Assembly (NCBI GenBank): GCA_030065275.1 | Contig: JASJCV010000006.1 | Coordinates: 1-44,092 of the forward strand | Length of the DNA: 44,092 nucleotides | From: Desulfobacterales bacterium | Lineage (GTDB): Bacteria > Desulfobacterota > Desulfobacteria > Desulfobacterales > UBA5852 | Direction: 5' to 3' | Position numbers and translations under genes: made by a program | Notes under the pieces: generated by a model | Seen by the model: only the letters and a program-made list of their open reading frames with translations | Told to the model about the DNA's origin: nothing | Database searches by the model: none | Part shown: in pieces, positions 28,346 through 36,194 of the stretch | Layout of the letters: the number at the start of each line of letters is the position of its first letter | Numbering within the stretch: position 1 is the first letter of the stretch

Positions 28346-28864
28346 ATGAAGTACAACCTGGAGGTCAACGGTCAGACCATGGTTTTCAAGGTTACCGCCC
28401 ACGAGGACCACCGCATGGCTGTGGCCACAGACGACCGCGAGCACCAGGTGGCCTTCCACCGTATCGACGAGCGCCGTCTGGCCCTCGTGGTGGACGGGGT
28501 GCGGGTCGACGCCTTTGTCACCGGCCAGGGCGGCGCCAGGGAAATCCTGATCGACGGTGTCGTCTATCAGGTGTGCGATGCGGATCTTCGGGATCTGGCG
28601 GCGGCCGCGGGCGGCGGGGGCGACGAACGCCCTCGCGAGGTCACACCTCCCATGCCATCGGTGGTGGTGAAGGTGCTTGTCGAAGAGGGGCAGCATGTCA
28701 CCCGGGGCGACAGCCTGGTGGTGGTTTCGGCCATGAAGATGGAGACGACCCTGACGGCGCCCTTTGAGGGCCGGATCAGGCGGATCAACGTGGCGACGGG
28801 GGATAAGGTGAAACCGGGAGACATCCTCGTCGATCTCGAGAAGGTTCCGGAAAAAGCCCGATAG
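28346..28864 (+). CDS. Biotin carboxyl carrier (biotinyl/lipoyl-domain) protein; C-terminal part of a carboxylase alpha subunit
   Basis: 172 aa. AGGAG RBS at 28333-28337. Biotinylation motif VVSAMKMET in a C-terminal domain of about 70 aa. The N-terminal ~95 aa resemble the beta-strand portion that precedes BCCP in fused MCC/PCC alpha subunits. Confidence 0.85.
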   Translation: MKYNLEVNGQTMVFKVTAHEDHRMAVATDDREHQVAFHRIDERRLALVVDGVRVDAFVTGQGGAREILIDGVVYQVCDADLRDLAAAAGGGGDERPREVTPPMPSVVVKVLVEEGQHVTRGDSLVVVSAMKMETTLTAPFEGRIRRINVATGDKVKPGDILVDLEKVPEKAR

Positions 28865-28962
28865 CGGCGTTACGCTTCGGTCCTCGTCATTGCGGCGTAC
28901 TTAAGTACGCCTCACTTCTCGGCCCTCGCAAGCCTTGCTATCGAACTCTTTACGAAACCGGC
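28863..28962 (-). repeat. Module B repeat copy, inverted orientation
   Basis: Reverse complement of 23705-23812 at high identity. Contains the perfect 18-nt palindrome GGCGTACTTAAGTACGCC at 28894-28911. It begins at the BCCP stop codon. Confidence 0.7.
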
Positions 28963-29035
28963 TAAGATTAGGTTCGCTTTTTGCCTAAAAAAAGATCTTA
29001 CAATGAAGCGCTCGATCCACCTAAGGCTGATAAAT

Positions 29036-29068
29036 AGTGGCGTTACGCTTCGGCTCTCGTCATTAGGG
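29036..29068 (-). repeat. Truncated module B fragment
   Basis: ggcgttacgcttcggctctcgtcatt repeats 28866-28891 (ggcgttacgcttcggtcctcgtcatt) and then diverges. Confidence 0.5.
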
Positions 29069-29149
29069 CCGGCATTCCCAATCGATCTTAATTCGCCAAT
29101 ACAGGCGGATTGCGCTTATCGCTTTTTACAGCCAAGCCTTCTTTGTTCG

Positions 29150-29309
29150 TTACTTTTCTTTCACGTGAAAAGAAAAGTAACCAAAAGAAAACGCCCGTGT
29201 CCCGCTCGCTCCTGCGCGTCGGCGACCCGGACGGCGCGCGTCGGAACTCGCTTCGCTCAAACAGGCCGACGCGCTTATTCCGTCCGCATCGCCGATGCTC
29301 GGCGCGGAA
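29150..29309 (+). repeat. Module A repeat copy (H hairpin + conserved tail)
   Basis: Near-perfect 15-bp palindrome TTACTTTTCTTTCAC/GTGAAAAGAAAAGTAA, then aaccaaaagaaaacgcccgtg...ctcctgcgcgtcg...ggaactcgcttcgctcaaacaggccgac...gatgctcggcgcgg. Aligns with 32292-32460. Confidence 0.75.
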
Positions 29310-29437
29310 CAATGGGAATATGTCCTAAAACCAAATGTCTGATTGAGATACCTCTCCAAGTGTTCTCCAAAGATTTCCAATTCGAGGGAGGCATCAAATT
29401 ATCGGTCGGGCATTGACCATTTCAAGGCAGGTGGCGC

Positions 29438-30211
29438 ATGACGGAAATATTGCCGTTGATTTACGGGGTCGAAGATCAGGTCGGCTGGATCACCTTCAAC
29501 CGCGAAGCCCAGCGCAATGCCATCAATCCGGAGGCGCTTGAATTGTTTCACAAGGCCCTGGATGCGGCCGAGGCCGATCCGTCGGTGCGCGTCGTCGGAC
29601 TGACCGGGGCCGGCGACCGGGCTTTCTGCGCCGGGGCCGACCTGGGCGGCGGGATGGATGCGGACAGCCAGGCCGTTTTCAAACGCTATGCCGCATTGCT
29701 CAAGCGCCTGGCCGGATATTCCAAGCCTACGGTGGCGCGGGTCAACGGCTACTGTCTGGCCGGAGGCATGGGGATTATGCTGGCCTGCGATATCGTCATC
29801 GCCTCGGAAGAGGCCAGATTCGGAACCCCGGAAGTCAATGTGGGGCTTTTCCCGATGATGATCGGGGCGTTGATCTACCGCAACGTGCTGCGCAAGAAGG
29901 CCATGGAAATGGTGCTGACTGGCAGCCGGCTCAAGGCGTCCGAGGCCCTGGGCATGGGGCTGGTGACGCGCGTGGTCGCACGAAGCGAGCTGGATACGGC
30001 GGTGGCGGGCCTCCTCGGGGAGCTGGTCGCCAAGAGCCCCATCGGGATGAAGATCGGCAAGCAGGCCTTTTACGCCATGGCGGACATGCCCTTTGAAAAG
30101 GCGGTGGACTACCTGTCCGACCAACTGGCCGAGGTGGCGGCCACCGAGGATGCGCGCGAAGGCATCCTGGCCTTTATTGAAAAGCGGCCGCCCAACTTCA
30201 AGGGCCGTTGA
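29438..30211 (+). CDS. Enoyl-CoA hydratase/isomerase (crotonase) family protein, AtuE/LiuC-like position
   Basis: 257 aa. Crotonase motifs FCAGADL and VNGYCLAGGMGIMLACD, with FGTPEVNVGLFP. Confidence 0.85.
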   Translation: MTEILPLIYGVEDQVGWITFNREAQRNAINPEALELFHKALDAAEADPSVRVVGLTGAGDRAFCAGADLGGGMDADSQAVFKRYAALLKRLAGYSKPTVARVNGYCLAGGMGIMLACDIVIASEEARFGTPEVNVGLFPMMIGALIYRNVLRKKAMEMVLTGSRLKASEALGMGLVTRVVARSELDTAVAGLLGELVAKSPIGMKIGKQAFYAMADMPFEKAVDYLSDQLAEVAATEDAREGILAFIEKRPPNFKGR

Positions 30212-30298
30212 CAGCGGCGGCGGGCCTCACACCATTTAGGGGTCGTTGGAATCGTCCCCGTCGCAACTGGAAACCACCCACTGCTGAAGGGAAGACCC

Positions 30299-32089
30299 AT
30301 GGGCACAGCCCCGAAGCGAGAAAAACTGATCATCGCCAACTGCAGCGGCTTTTTGGGCGACCGTTTCGATGCGGCCATGGAGATGGTGACAGGCGGCCCG
30401 ATCGACGTGCTGACCGGAGATTACCTGGCCGAACTGACCATGGCGATTCTATTCCGCCAGAAACTCAAGGACGCTTCCCGGGGCTATGCCGGCACCTTTT
30501 TGCGGCAGATGGAGGCGGTCATGGGACTCTGTCTGGAGCGCGGCATTCGGGTGGTCAGCAACGCGGGCGGCCTCAACCCCAAGGGCCTGGCCGCGGCGCT
30601 CCAGGCCCTGGCCGACAAGCTGGGGCTCAAACCCTTGATCGCCTACGTCGAAGGCGATGATCTTCTGCCTCGTCTGGACGAACTCCAGGGGCAGGGCGAA
30701 ACCTTCAGCCACTTGGACAAGGGGATCACGCTCAAGGAGGCCGCTGCCCAGCCCATCACCGCCAACGCCTACATCGGGGGTTGGGGGGTCACCCAGGCCC
30801 TGACCCGCGGGGCGGATATCGTCGTGGCCGGCCGCCTGGCCGACGCGGCTCTGGTCACCGGCCCGGCGGCCTGGCATTTCGGCTGGGACCGGGACGACTG
30901 GGACCGAATGGCCGGCGCCGCCGTGGCCGGCCATATCATCGAGTGCGGCGGGCAGGCCACGGGCGGGAATTACCCCTTTATCGAAGAAGTCGCCTCCTAC
31001 CGGCAGTTGGGCTTCCCGATCGCCGAAATCCACGCGGACGGATCCGCCGTCATCACCAAGCACCCGGGCACCGGCGGCCTCGTGTCGGTGGGCACGGTCA
31101 CCGCCCAATTGCTCTACGAAATCCAGGGGCCGGACTACCTGACGCCGGATGTGACCGCGCGGTTCGACACCATCCGCCTGGCTCCGGACGGCCCCGACCG
31201 GGTCCGGGTCACCGAAGTTACCGGCGCGCCGCCGCCGACCACCACCAAGGTCTGCCTGAACAATTTCTGGGGCTATCGCAATGCCATGACCCTGGTGATC
31301 ACCGGCCTGGATATCGACGCCAAGGCCCGCGTTCTGGAGGAGACCGTGACGGCCAGCCTGGGCGGGCGCGATCGGTTTGCGGTCTTCGAATCCCAGTTGG
31401 TGCGCTCGGACCGGTCGGAGCCTACCACCAACGACGAGGCGTTTGCCTATTTGCGACTGGGGGTGATCGATCCGGATCCAGCCAAGGTCGCCCGTTTCTC
31501 GGCCGCCATCGTGGAACTGGCGCTGGTGAGCATTCCCGGGTTTACCGCCACGGCGCCGCCGTCCAAGGGCACGCCGGCCATCCAGCACTGGCCGGCCCTG
31601 GTGGCCAATCACCGTTTACGTCCGCAGGTGGTGATCGGGGATGAGACGATCGCGATCGAACCGCTTACGGGAGCCGACATGCCTCCCCGGCCGAGGGCGC
31701 CGGCGGCAGCGGACGAAGACGATGGGTACCGTGACGGTAAGGCGCTGCCCTTGGGTCGGCTCTTCGGGACCCGTTCGGGCGACAAGGGCGGCAACGCCAA
31801 CCTGGGGGTCTGGGCCCGCAGCGAAGCCGGCTTCGCTTTCCTGCGGCGTTATCTCACCGTGGAGCGCCTGAAAACCCTGCTGCCCGATACGGCGTCTTAT
31901 GACATCGAGCGCTATGAACTGCCCAATCTTGGGGCCGTTAATTTTTACATCCGGGGGATTCTGGGGGAGGGTGTGGCCGCCTCGCTTAAAAGCGATCCCC
32001 AAGCCAAGACCCTGGGGGAATACCTGCGGGTCAAAACCATCCGGATACCCCCGGATCTCATGGATGAGGCGGGGCCCGCGCCGCGCTGA
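30299..32089 (+). CDS. AtuA-like (DUF1446, acyclic terpene utilisation) family protein
   Basis: 596 aa. The N-terminus LIIANCSGFLGDRFDAAMEMVTGGPIDVLTGDYLAELTM and GHIIECGGQATGGN match my recollection of the AtuA/DUF1446 family. A Pro/Ala-rich linker precedes a C-terminal domain of about 110 aa. Confidence 0.75.
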   Translation: MGTAPKREKLIIANCSGFLGDRFDAAMEMVTGGPIDVLTGDYLAELTMAILFRQKLKDASRGYAGTFLRQMEAVMGLCLERGIRVVSNAGGLNPKGLAAALQALADKLGLKPLIAYVEGDDLLPRLDELQGQGETFSHLDKGITLKEAAAQPITANAYIGGWGVTQALTRGADIVVAGRLADAALVTGPAAWHFGWDRDDWDRMAGAAVAGHIIECGGQATGGNYPFIEEVASYRQLGFPIAEIHADGSAVITKHPGTGGLVSVGTVTAQLLYEIQGPDYLTPDVTARFDTIRLAPDGPDRVRVTEVTGAPPPTTTKVCLNNFWGYRNAMTLVITGLDIDAKARVLEETVTASLGGRDRFAVFESQLVRSDRSEPTTNDEAFAYLRLGVIDPDPAKVARFSAAIVELALVSIPGFTATAPPSKGTPAIQHWPALVANHRLRPQVVIGDETIAIEPLTGADMPPRPRAPAAADEDDGYRDGKALPLGRLFGTRSGDKGGNANLGVWARSEAGFAFLRRYLTVERLKTLLPDTASYDIERYELPNLGAVNFYIRGILGEGVAASLKSDPQAKTLGEYLRVKTIRIPPDLMDEAGPAPR

Positions 32090-32291
32090 AAAAAAGATGA
32101 AACGGATTCCCAGGGCACCGACCCACTTCCGGGATACGATCACCGTTCGGATCGAAATCAATGAGAACTCGAAGAAAAGCCCCGGGCGCAACTGACCTTG
32201 CCCTGAACCAACCAGGAGGGGAAACGGTGGCTAAAACTTCCATCATACCGCCTCCTGGGTTGTATCCTACGGAAACAGTCTTCTCGATACT

Positions 32292-32460
32292 TACTTTTCT
32301 TTCGCGTGAAAGAAAAGTAAGCAAAAGAAACCGCCCGTGCCCCGCTTTCTCCTGCGCGTCGCCACGGCGGACGGAGCACGCGGAAACTCGCTTCGCTCAA
32401 ACAGTCCGCGCGCTTTTCCCGCCCGCCGCATCGATGCTCGGCGCGGGGCGAAGGGACATA
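32292..32460 (+). repeat. Module A repeat copy
   Basis: Perfect 13-bp hairpin TTACTTTTCTTTC-gcgt-GAAAGAAAAGTAA at 32292-32321, followed by the same tail as 29181-29309. Confidence 0.75.
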
Positions 32461-32603
32461 CCGCCAGAGCGACAAACAGCTTAGTCAAGGAGTAGGCAAA
32501 TGTTTGGCTGCCTCGTAAAGCCATCTCGTGCCGATGGTCGACCGACAATTGCCGGATAATCTCCACGGCACTTAATCGTTGCTGAACGAAAAACGGGGGC
32601 GAC

Positions 32604-33767
32604 ATGACAATGTCATTCAACACCACGTCCGGGTGTCAGGCGTATTTTTCCAAGGCGCATGACATGGTGCGGCGGTCGGTGCGGGAGTTTGTGAACCAGG
32701 CCATACGCCCCCATGTCGACGACTGGGAGGAAGCCGGAAGCTTTCCCAAGGAACTATACCGCCAGGCCGGAGAGGTTGGCATCCTGGGGATCGGCTACCC
32801 CGAGGCGTTGGGCGGTACGCCCGGGGACATCTTCTTCAAGATCGCGGCCAGCGAAGAGCTGATGCGCTGCGGGTCGGGCGGGCTGGTGGCGGGGTTGGGG
32901 TCGCTGGACATCGCCATCCCGCCCATCGTGCGCCACGGTACGGCCGACCAGCACGCCCGTTTCGTGCGGCCGGTTCTGACCGGTGAGAAGATTGCCGCCC
33001 TGGGCGTCACCGAGCCCGGCGGGGGCTCGGACGTGGCTGCGATCCAGACCACGGCCGAGCGGCAAGGCGACGTCTACGTGGTCAACGGCGGCAAAACCTT
33101 TATCACCAGCGGCTGCCGGGCGGATCTGGTGGCTTGCGCGGTGCGCACCGGGGGCGAAGGGGCCCACGGGATCAGCCTCCTGGTGATCGAGAAGGATTTT
33201 CCCGGGTTCGCCGTTTCAAGGCCCTTGAATAAGATGGGCTGGTGGGCGTCGGACACGGCCGAGCTTTTCTTCGACAACTGCCGCGTGCCCGTGGCCAACC
33301 GCATCGGGGCGGAGGACCAGGGGTTCTATCTGATCATGGAGAATTTCCAGAAGGAGCGCCTGGCTTTGGCGGTGATGGCCAACATGACCGCCCAACTGGC
33401 GCTGGACGAAGCGCTGGCTTATGCCCGGGAGCGCCGGGCTTTTGGAACAACCCTTACAGGTTTTCAGGTGACACGCCACAAACTGGTTGAAATGGCCAGC
33501 CTGGTGGAGATCAGCCGGGAGTTCACTTACCGGGTGGCGGCGCGAATGGACGCCGGCCAGGACCAGGTCAAGGAGGTCGCGATGGCCAAGAATTTCGCCT
33601 GCCGCGTCAGCCAGCAGGTGACCCATGACGCCGTGCAGATCTTCGGCGGCTACGGCTTCATGCGCGGGTACCTGGTGGAGCGACTCTACCGGGACAGCCG
33701 GCTGTTGTCCATCGGCGGCGGCACCACCGAGATTATGAACGAGGTTATCGCCAAACTGATTTTGTAG
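32604..33767 (+). CDS. Acyl-CoA dehydrogenase (isovaleryl-/citronellyl-CoA dehydrogenase-like position)
   Basis: 387 aa. Motifs GVTEPGGGSD, FITSG, FQKERLALA and a C-terminal IGGGTTEIM. Confidence 0.85.
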   Translation: MTMSFNTTSGCQAYFSKAHDMVRRSVREFVNQAIRPHVDDWEEAGSFPKELYRQAGEVGILGIGYPEALGGTPGDIFFKIAASEELMRCGSGGLVAGLGSLDIAIPPIVRHGTADQHARFVRPVLTGEKIAALGVTEPGGGSDVAAIQTTAERQGDVYVVNGGKTFITSGCRADLVACAVRTGGEGAHGISLLVIEKDFPGFAVSRPLNKMGWWASDTAELFFDNCRVPVANRIGAEDQGFYLIMENFQKERLALAVMANMTAQLALDEALAYARERRAFGTTLTGFQVTRHKLVEMASLVEISREFTYRVAARMDAGQDQVKEVAMAKNFACRVSQQVTHDAVQIFGGYGFMRGYLVERLYRDSRLLSIGGGTTEIMNEVIAKLIL

Positions 33768-33838
33768 TCCGTACATCCCTTGCGGGCCGGACACCGAAGG
33801 ATTGGTTGACCTTGCTGGCAAGGGGTCCGCTATGACGA

Positions 33839-35191
33839 TCAGAGCCGGAACAGCCAACGGGCTAGGTAGAAATAGAACGAAATGCTGAGAATGTCGATCG
33901 AGGTGGTCACGAACGGCCCGGTGGCCACGGCCGGGTCGATGTTGAAGCGGGCAAAGGTCATGGGCAGAAGAGCCCCCACCACGGCGGCCATGGTCATGGT
34001 GAACACCACCGCCAGGGCCACGAGCAGCCCGAGTTGCCAGATCTGATAGCCGAACTGGGCCAGCACCCCCAGCAGCACGCCGTAGACGAAACCGAGCATG
34101 AACCCCACAGCGGTCTCCTTTAAAACGACGTTTCCCAGGCGATGGACCTGGATACTTTCTGTGGCCAGGCCGCGAACCACGATGGTGGCCGACTGGGTGC
34201 CGATGTTGCCGCCCATACCCATGATCACAGGGATGAACGCGGCCAGGTAGACCATCTGCTCCAGCGTCGATTCGAAATGCCCGATAATCATGGTGGCGGC
34301 GATGCCGCCGCCGCAGGTGGCCAGCAGCCAGGGCAGGCGGATGCGGATGCTGGACATCACCGATTTGGTTTCGATGAAATCCTCGCCGGCCCCGGCCATT
34401 TTCAGGATGTCCTCGGTGGCTTCGTCGCGGATGATGTCGATGACATCATCCACCGTAACGATGCCAACCATCCGCTGGTCGGCGTCCACCACCGGCACGG
34501 CCAGCAGGTTATAGCGGCTGACGACGCGGGCGACCTCTTCCTGGTCGGTATCCGTGGATACCGAAAAGGTTTCGCGTGTCATCAACGCGCTCAATGCCGT
34601 ATCCGGCTTGGCGGTGACAAGGGCTCGCAAGGAACACACCCCGCTGAGCCGCTGGTCTGCTCCGACGACATAGAGATAGAAGGCCGTTTCAACGTTGCGG
34701 TGCTCTTTTTGAATCCGGGCGATCGCCTCGCGAACCGTGGTGGTTTCCGCCAGGGCGAAAAATTCCGTGGCCATGATGCCGCCGGCCGTTTTGCGGTCGT
34801 ATTGCAGAAGATCCCCCACCCCCTCGGAGTATTCACGCTGCAACCCTTCCAGGACCTGGCGGCCGATCTCGGGCGGCAGGTTTTCCACGAGATCCGCCAG
34901 GTCGTCGGCGGCGAGGTGTTCGCTGGCCACGACAAGATCCCCTATCGGGATGGCGGCCGCAAAGGGGTGCAGGTCGTCGATATCCAGTTTGGCGAGGAGG
35001 ACGCCGCGTCCGGCGGGATCATCGATCAGGTCATAGAGTTTCAGCTGTTCGTTCAGGCTCAGGACCGAGAAGGAGCGGGCCAGGTCGACCGGGTGGGCGC
35101 GACGGACGATCTTGCGCAGATGGGAATATGAGCGCCGGCGCAGCAGGCGCTGAATCGTTTTGGCCAGAATATTGCGCGTGTCCACTGTCAT
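33839..35191 (-). CDS. mgtE: Magnesium transporter MgtE
   Basis: 450 aa. MgtE N-domain, a CBS pair (GGIMATEF...; LLAVPVVD), and a C-terminal 5-TM domain with GMGGNIGTQS and the ATGPFVTT..D motif. Confidence 0.9.
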   Translation of the reverse strand: MTVDTRNILAKTIQRLLRRRSYSHLRKIVRRAHPVDLARSFSVLSLNEQLKLYDLIDDPAGRGVLLAKLDIDDLHPFAAAIPIGDLVVASEHLAADDLADLVENLPPEIGRQVLEGLQREYSEGVGDLLQYDRKTAGGIMATEFFALAETTTVREAIARIQKEHRNVETAFYLYVVGADQRLSGVCSLRALVTAKPDTALSALMTRETFSVSTDTDQEEVARVVSRYNLLAVPVVDADQRMVGIVTVDDVIDIIRDEATEDILKMAGAGEDFIETKSVMSSIRIRLPWLLATCGGGIAATMIIGHFESTLEQMVYLAAFIPVIMGMGGNIGTQSATIVVRGLATESIQVHRLGNVVLKETAVGFMLGFVYGVLLGVLAQFGYQIWQLGLLVALAVVFTMTMAAVVGALLPMTFARFNIDPAVATGPFVTTSIDILSISFYFYLARWLFRL

Positions 35192-35292
35192 GGCGATCGC
35201 ACGCCGACGTTGAGATTATCCGTGGCCATCACCATATCCGGTCGATACTGCAGCGGTCCCGGCAATCAGCATCTGCAGATGGCGCTGCGGGT

Positions 35293-35865
35293 TTATTTGT
35301 AGGCTTTGTGACAGTCTTTTTTCAGCTGCTCCAGCCGGGCGTAGCCATCCTTGAAGGCTGTCCAGTTTCGGGCCTCATAGGCATCGGCCAGTTGGCGGCA
35401 GGCTTCCCGGTAGGCCGGATAGTCGGGTTCGCCGTATTTTTTGCCCGCAAAGGCCATCATCCGTTCGGAGTCGGAGAGGAAACCATTCAGAATTTCAGGT
35501 TCCGGAAGCTTTTGCTGTTCCAGCGCTTCACCGATTTCCTTAAAAGACGATTTCATTCGCTTCTTCAGCGGTTTATATTTGATTGACGGCTTAACCGGGG
35601 CTGGGCCCGACGACGGCTCGTCCGCCCCGGCTTCGGGCGCTGTTGGCTCGGCGGGGGGATCGGCCTTGATTTTTATTTTCAGTGTCCACCCGCCGCCGGC
35701 GGCTTTGCCTTTGAGCTCCAGCCTGCCGATCGGTTCGGGAAGATCGGACAATTCCGGTGGCAGATTGTTGTCTTTCTTTTCTAAAGCATCCGCCAGCCGG
35801 CGCAGGCAGGCAGGTATTTCTTCAAACGGTACATCCTGTTTGAACTTACGTTCCGAGGCCTTCAT
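35293..35865 (-). CDS. GAK-system amphi-Trp + XXXCH domain protein
   Basis: 190 aa with an AGGAAG RBS. The N-terminal ~70 aa is amphi-Trp-like (IPACLRRLADALE...LELKGKAAGGGWTLKIKIKAD). A Pro/Ala linker follows. The C-terminal domain ends in the LKKDCHKAYK motif (the CH of XXXCH). Divergent from the operon at 36195. Confidence 0.7.
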   Translation of the reverse strand: MKASERKFKQDVPFEEIPACLRRLADALEKKDNNLPPELSDLPEPIGRLELKGKAAGGGWTLKIKIKADPPAEPTAPEAGADEPSSGPAPVKPSIKYKPLKKRMKSSFKEIGEALEQQKLPEPEILNGFLSDSERMMAFAGKKYGEPDYPAYREACRQLADAYEARNWTAFKDGYARLEQLKKDCHKAYK

Positions 35866-36194
35866 GGTGGCTTCCTTTCTTGCGCGGTCATTTCGTGATG
35901 ATCGGGGTACCTCGATGGGCTGAAGCCAATTTGCTGACCGTTGGTTAGATTATGATTAGGCGCTGCCGGGGGTTTACGGCGGTGAGCACAGTGCGTAATA
36001 AACATCCTTAGGCATCCGATCCAATAGGATAGATTAGTTCCTTGCCTGGATTTGGCAAGGATCGGGCGAACCAATTAATCGACCGATCCTAACACGTAAC
36101 TAACATCGCGAGATGAATATGACGGCTTTGATAGGTGCAGCCATAGACGATGCACCTCTGGCCGGATTTGCGAATCGATCGGGATAATCGAGAT

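Noticed and set aside
1714-31612. Other long shadow ORFs: 1714..2760(-), 1839..3314(+), 3959..4786(+), 9621..10700(+), 11550..13079(-), 15285..16643(-), 16510..17385(-), 21241..22314(-), 24859..26304(-), 26476..27645(-) and 30449..31612(-). Further examples at 34142..35131(+), 38367..39302(-), 39480..40250(-) and 41267..42034(-) lie outside the coordinates given.
   Set aside because: Each overlaps, antisense or out of frame, a gene with clear family signatures. Their products are low-complexity Arg/Gly/Ala/Pro-rich sequences without motifs.
23657-32460. Possibility that the repeats form a CRISPR array.
   Set aside because: Copies are 100-470 nt long, not 25-40 nt. They are imperfect, irregularly spaced and separated by full-length genes, and no cas genes are present.
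23666-32626. Small ORFs inside the repeat elements: 23634..23888(-), 23666..24070(-), 23921..24130(+), 29003..29416(+), 29088..29312(-), 32161..32484(+) and 32291..32626(-).
   Set aside because: Their apparent similarity to each other comes from the nucleotide repeats. Reading frames are not conserved between copies, indels break the frames, and the sequence is dominated by hairpins.
35192-35292. Possible Mg2+ (M-box) riboswitch in front of mgtE.
   Set aside because: Only about 100 nt are available, whereas an M-box aptamer plus expression platform needs about 160-200 nt. I could not find the conserved M-box helices.
36040-36060. Inverted repeat CCTTGCC-N7-GGCAAGG in the GAK divergent control region, with a similar CCTTGC-tg-GCAAGG at 33810-33823.
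   Set aside because: Short 6-7 bp stems like these occur by chance at this GC content. There is no T-tract for a terminator, and there is no second half-site evidence. It is mentioned only as a pointer within the mgtE/XXXCH finding.
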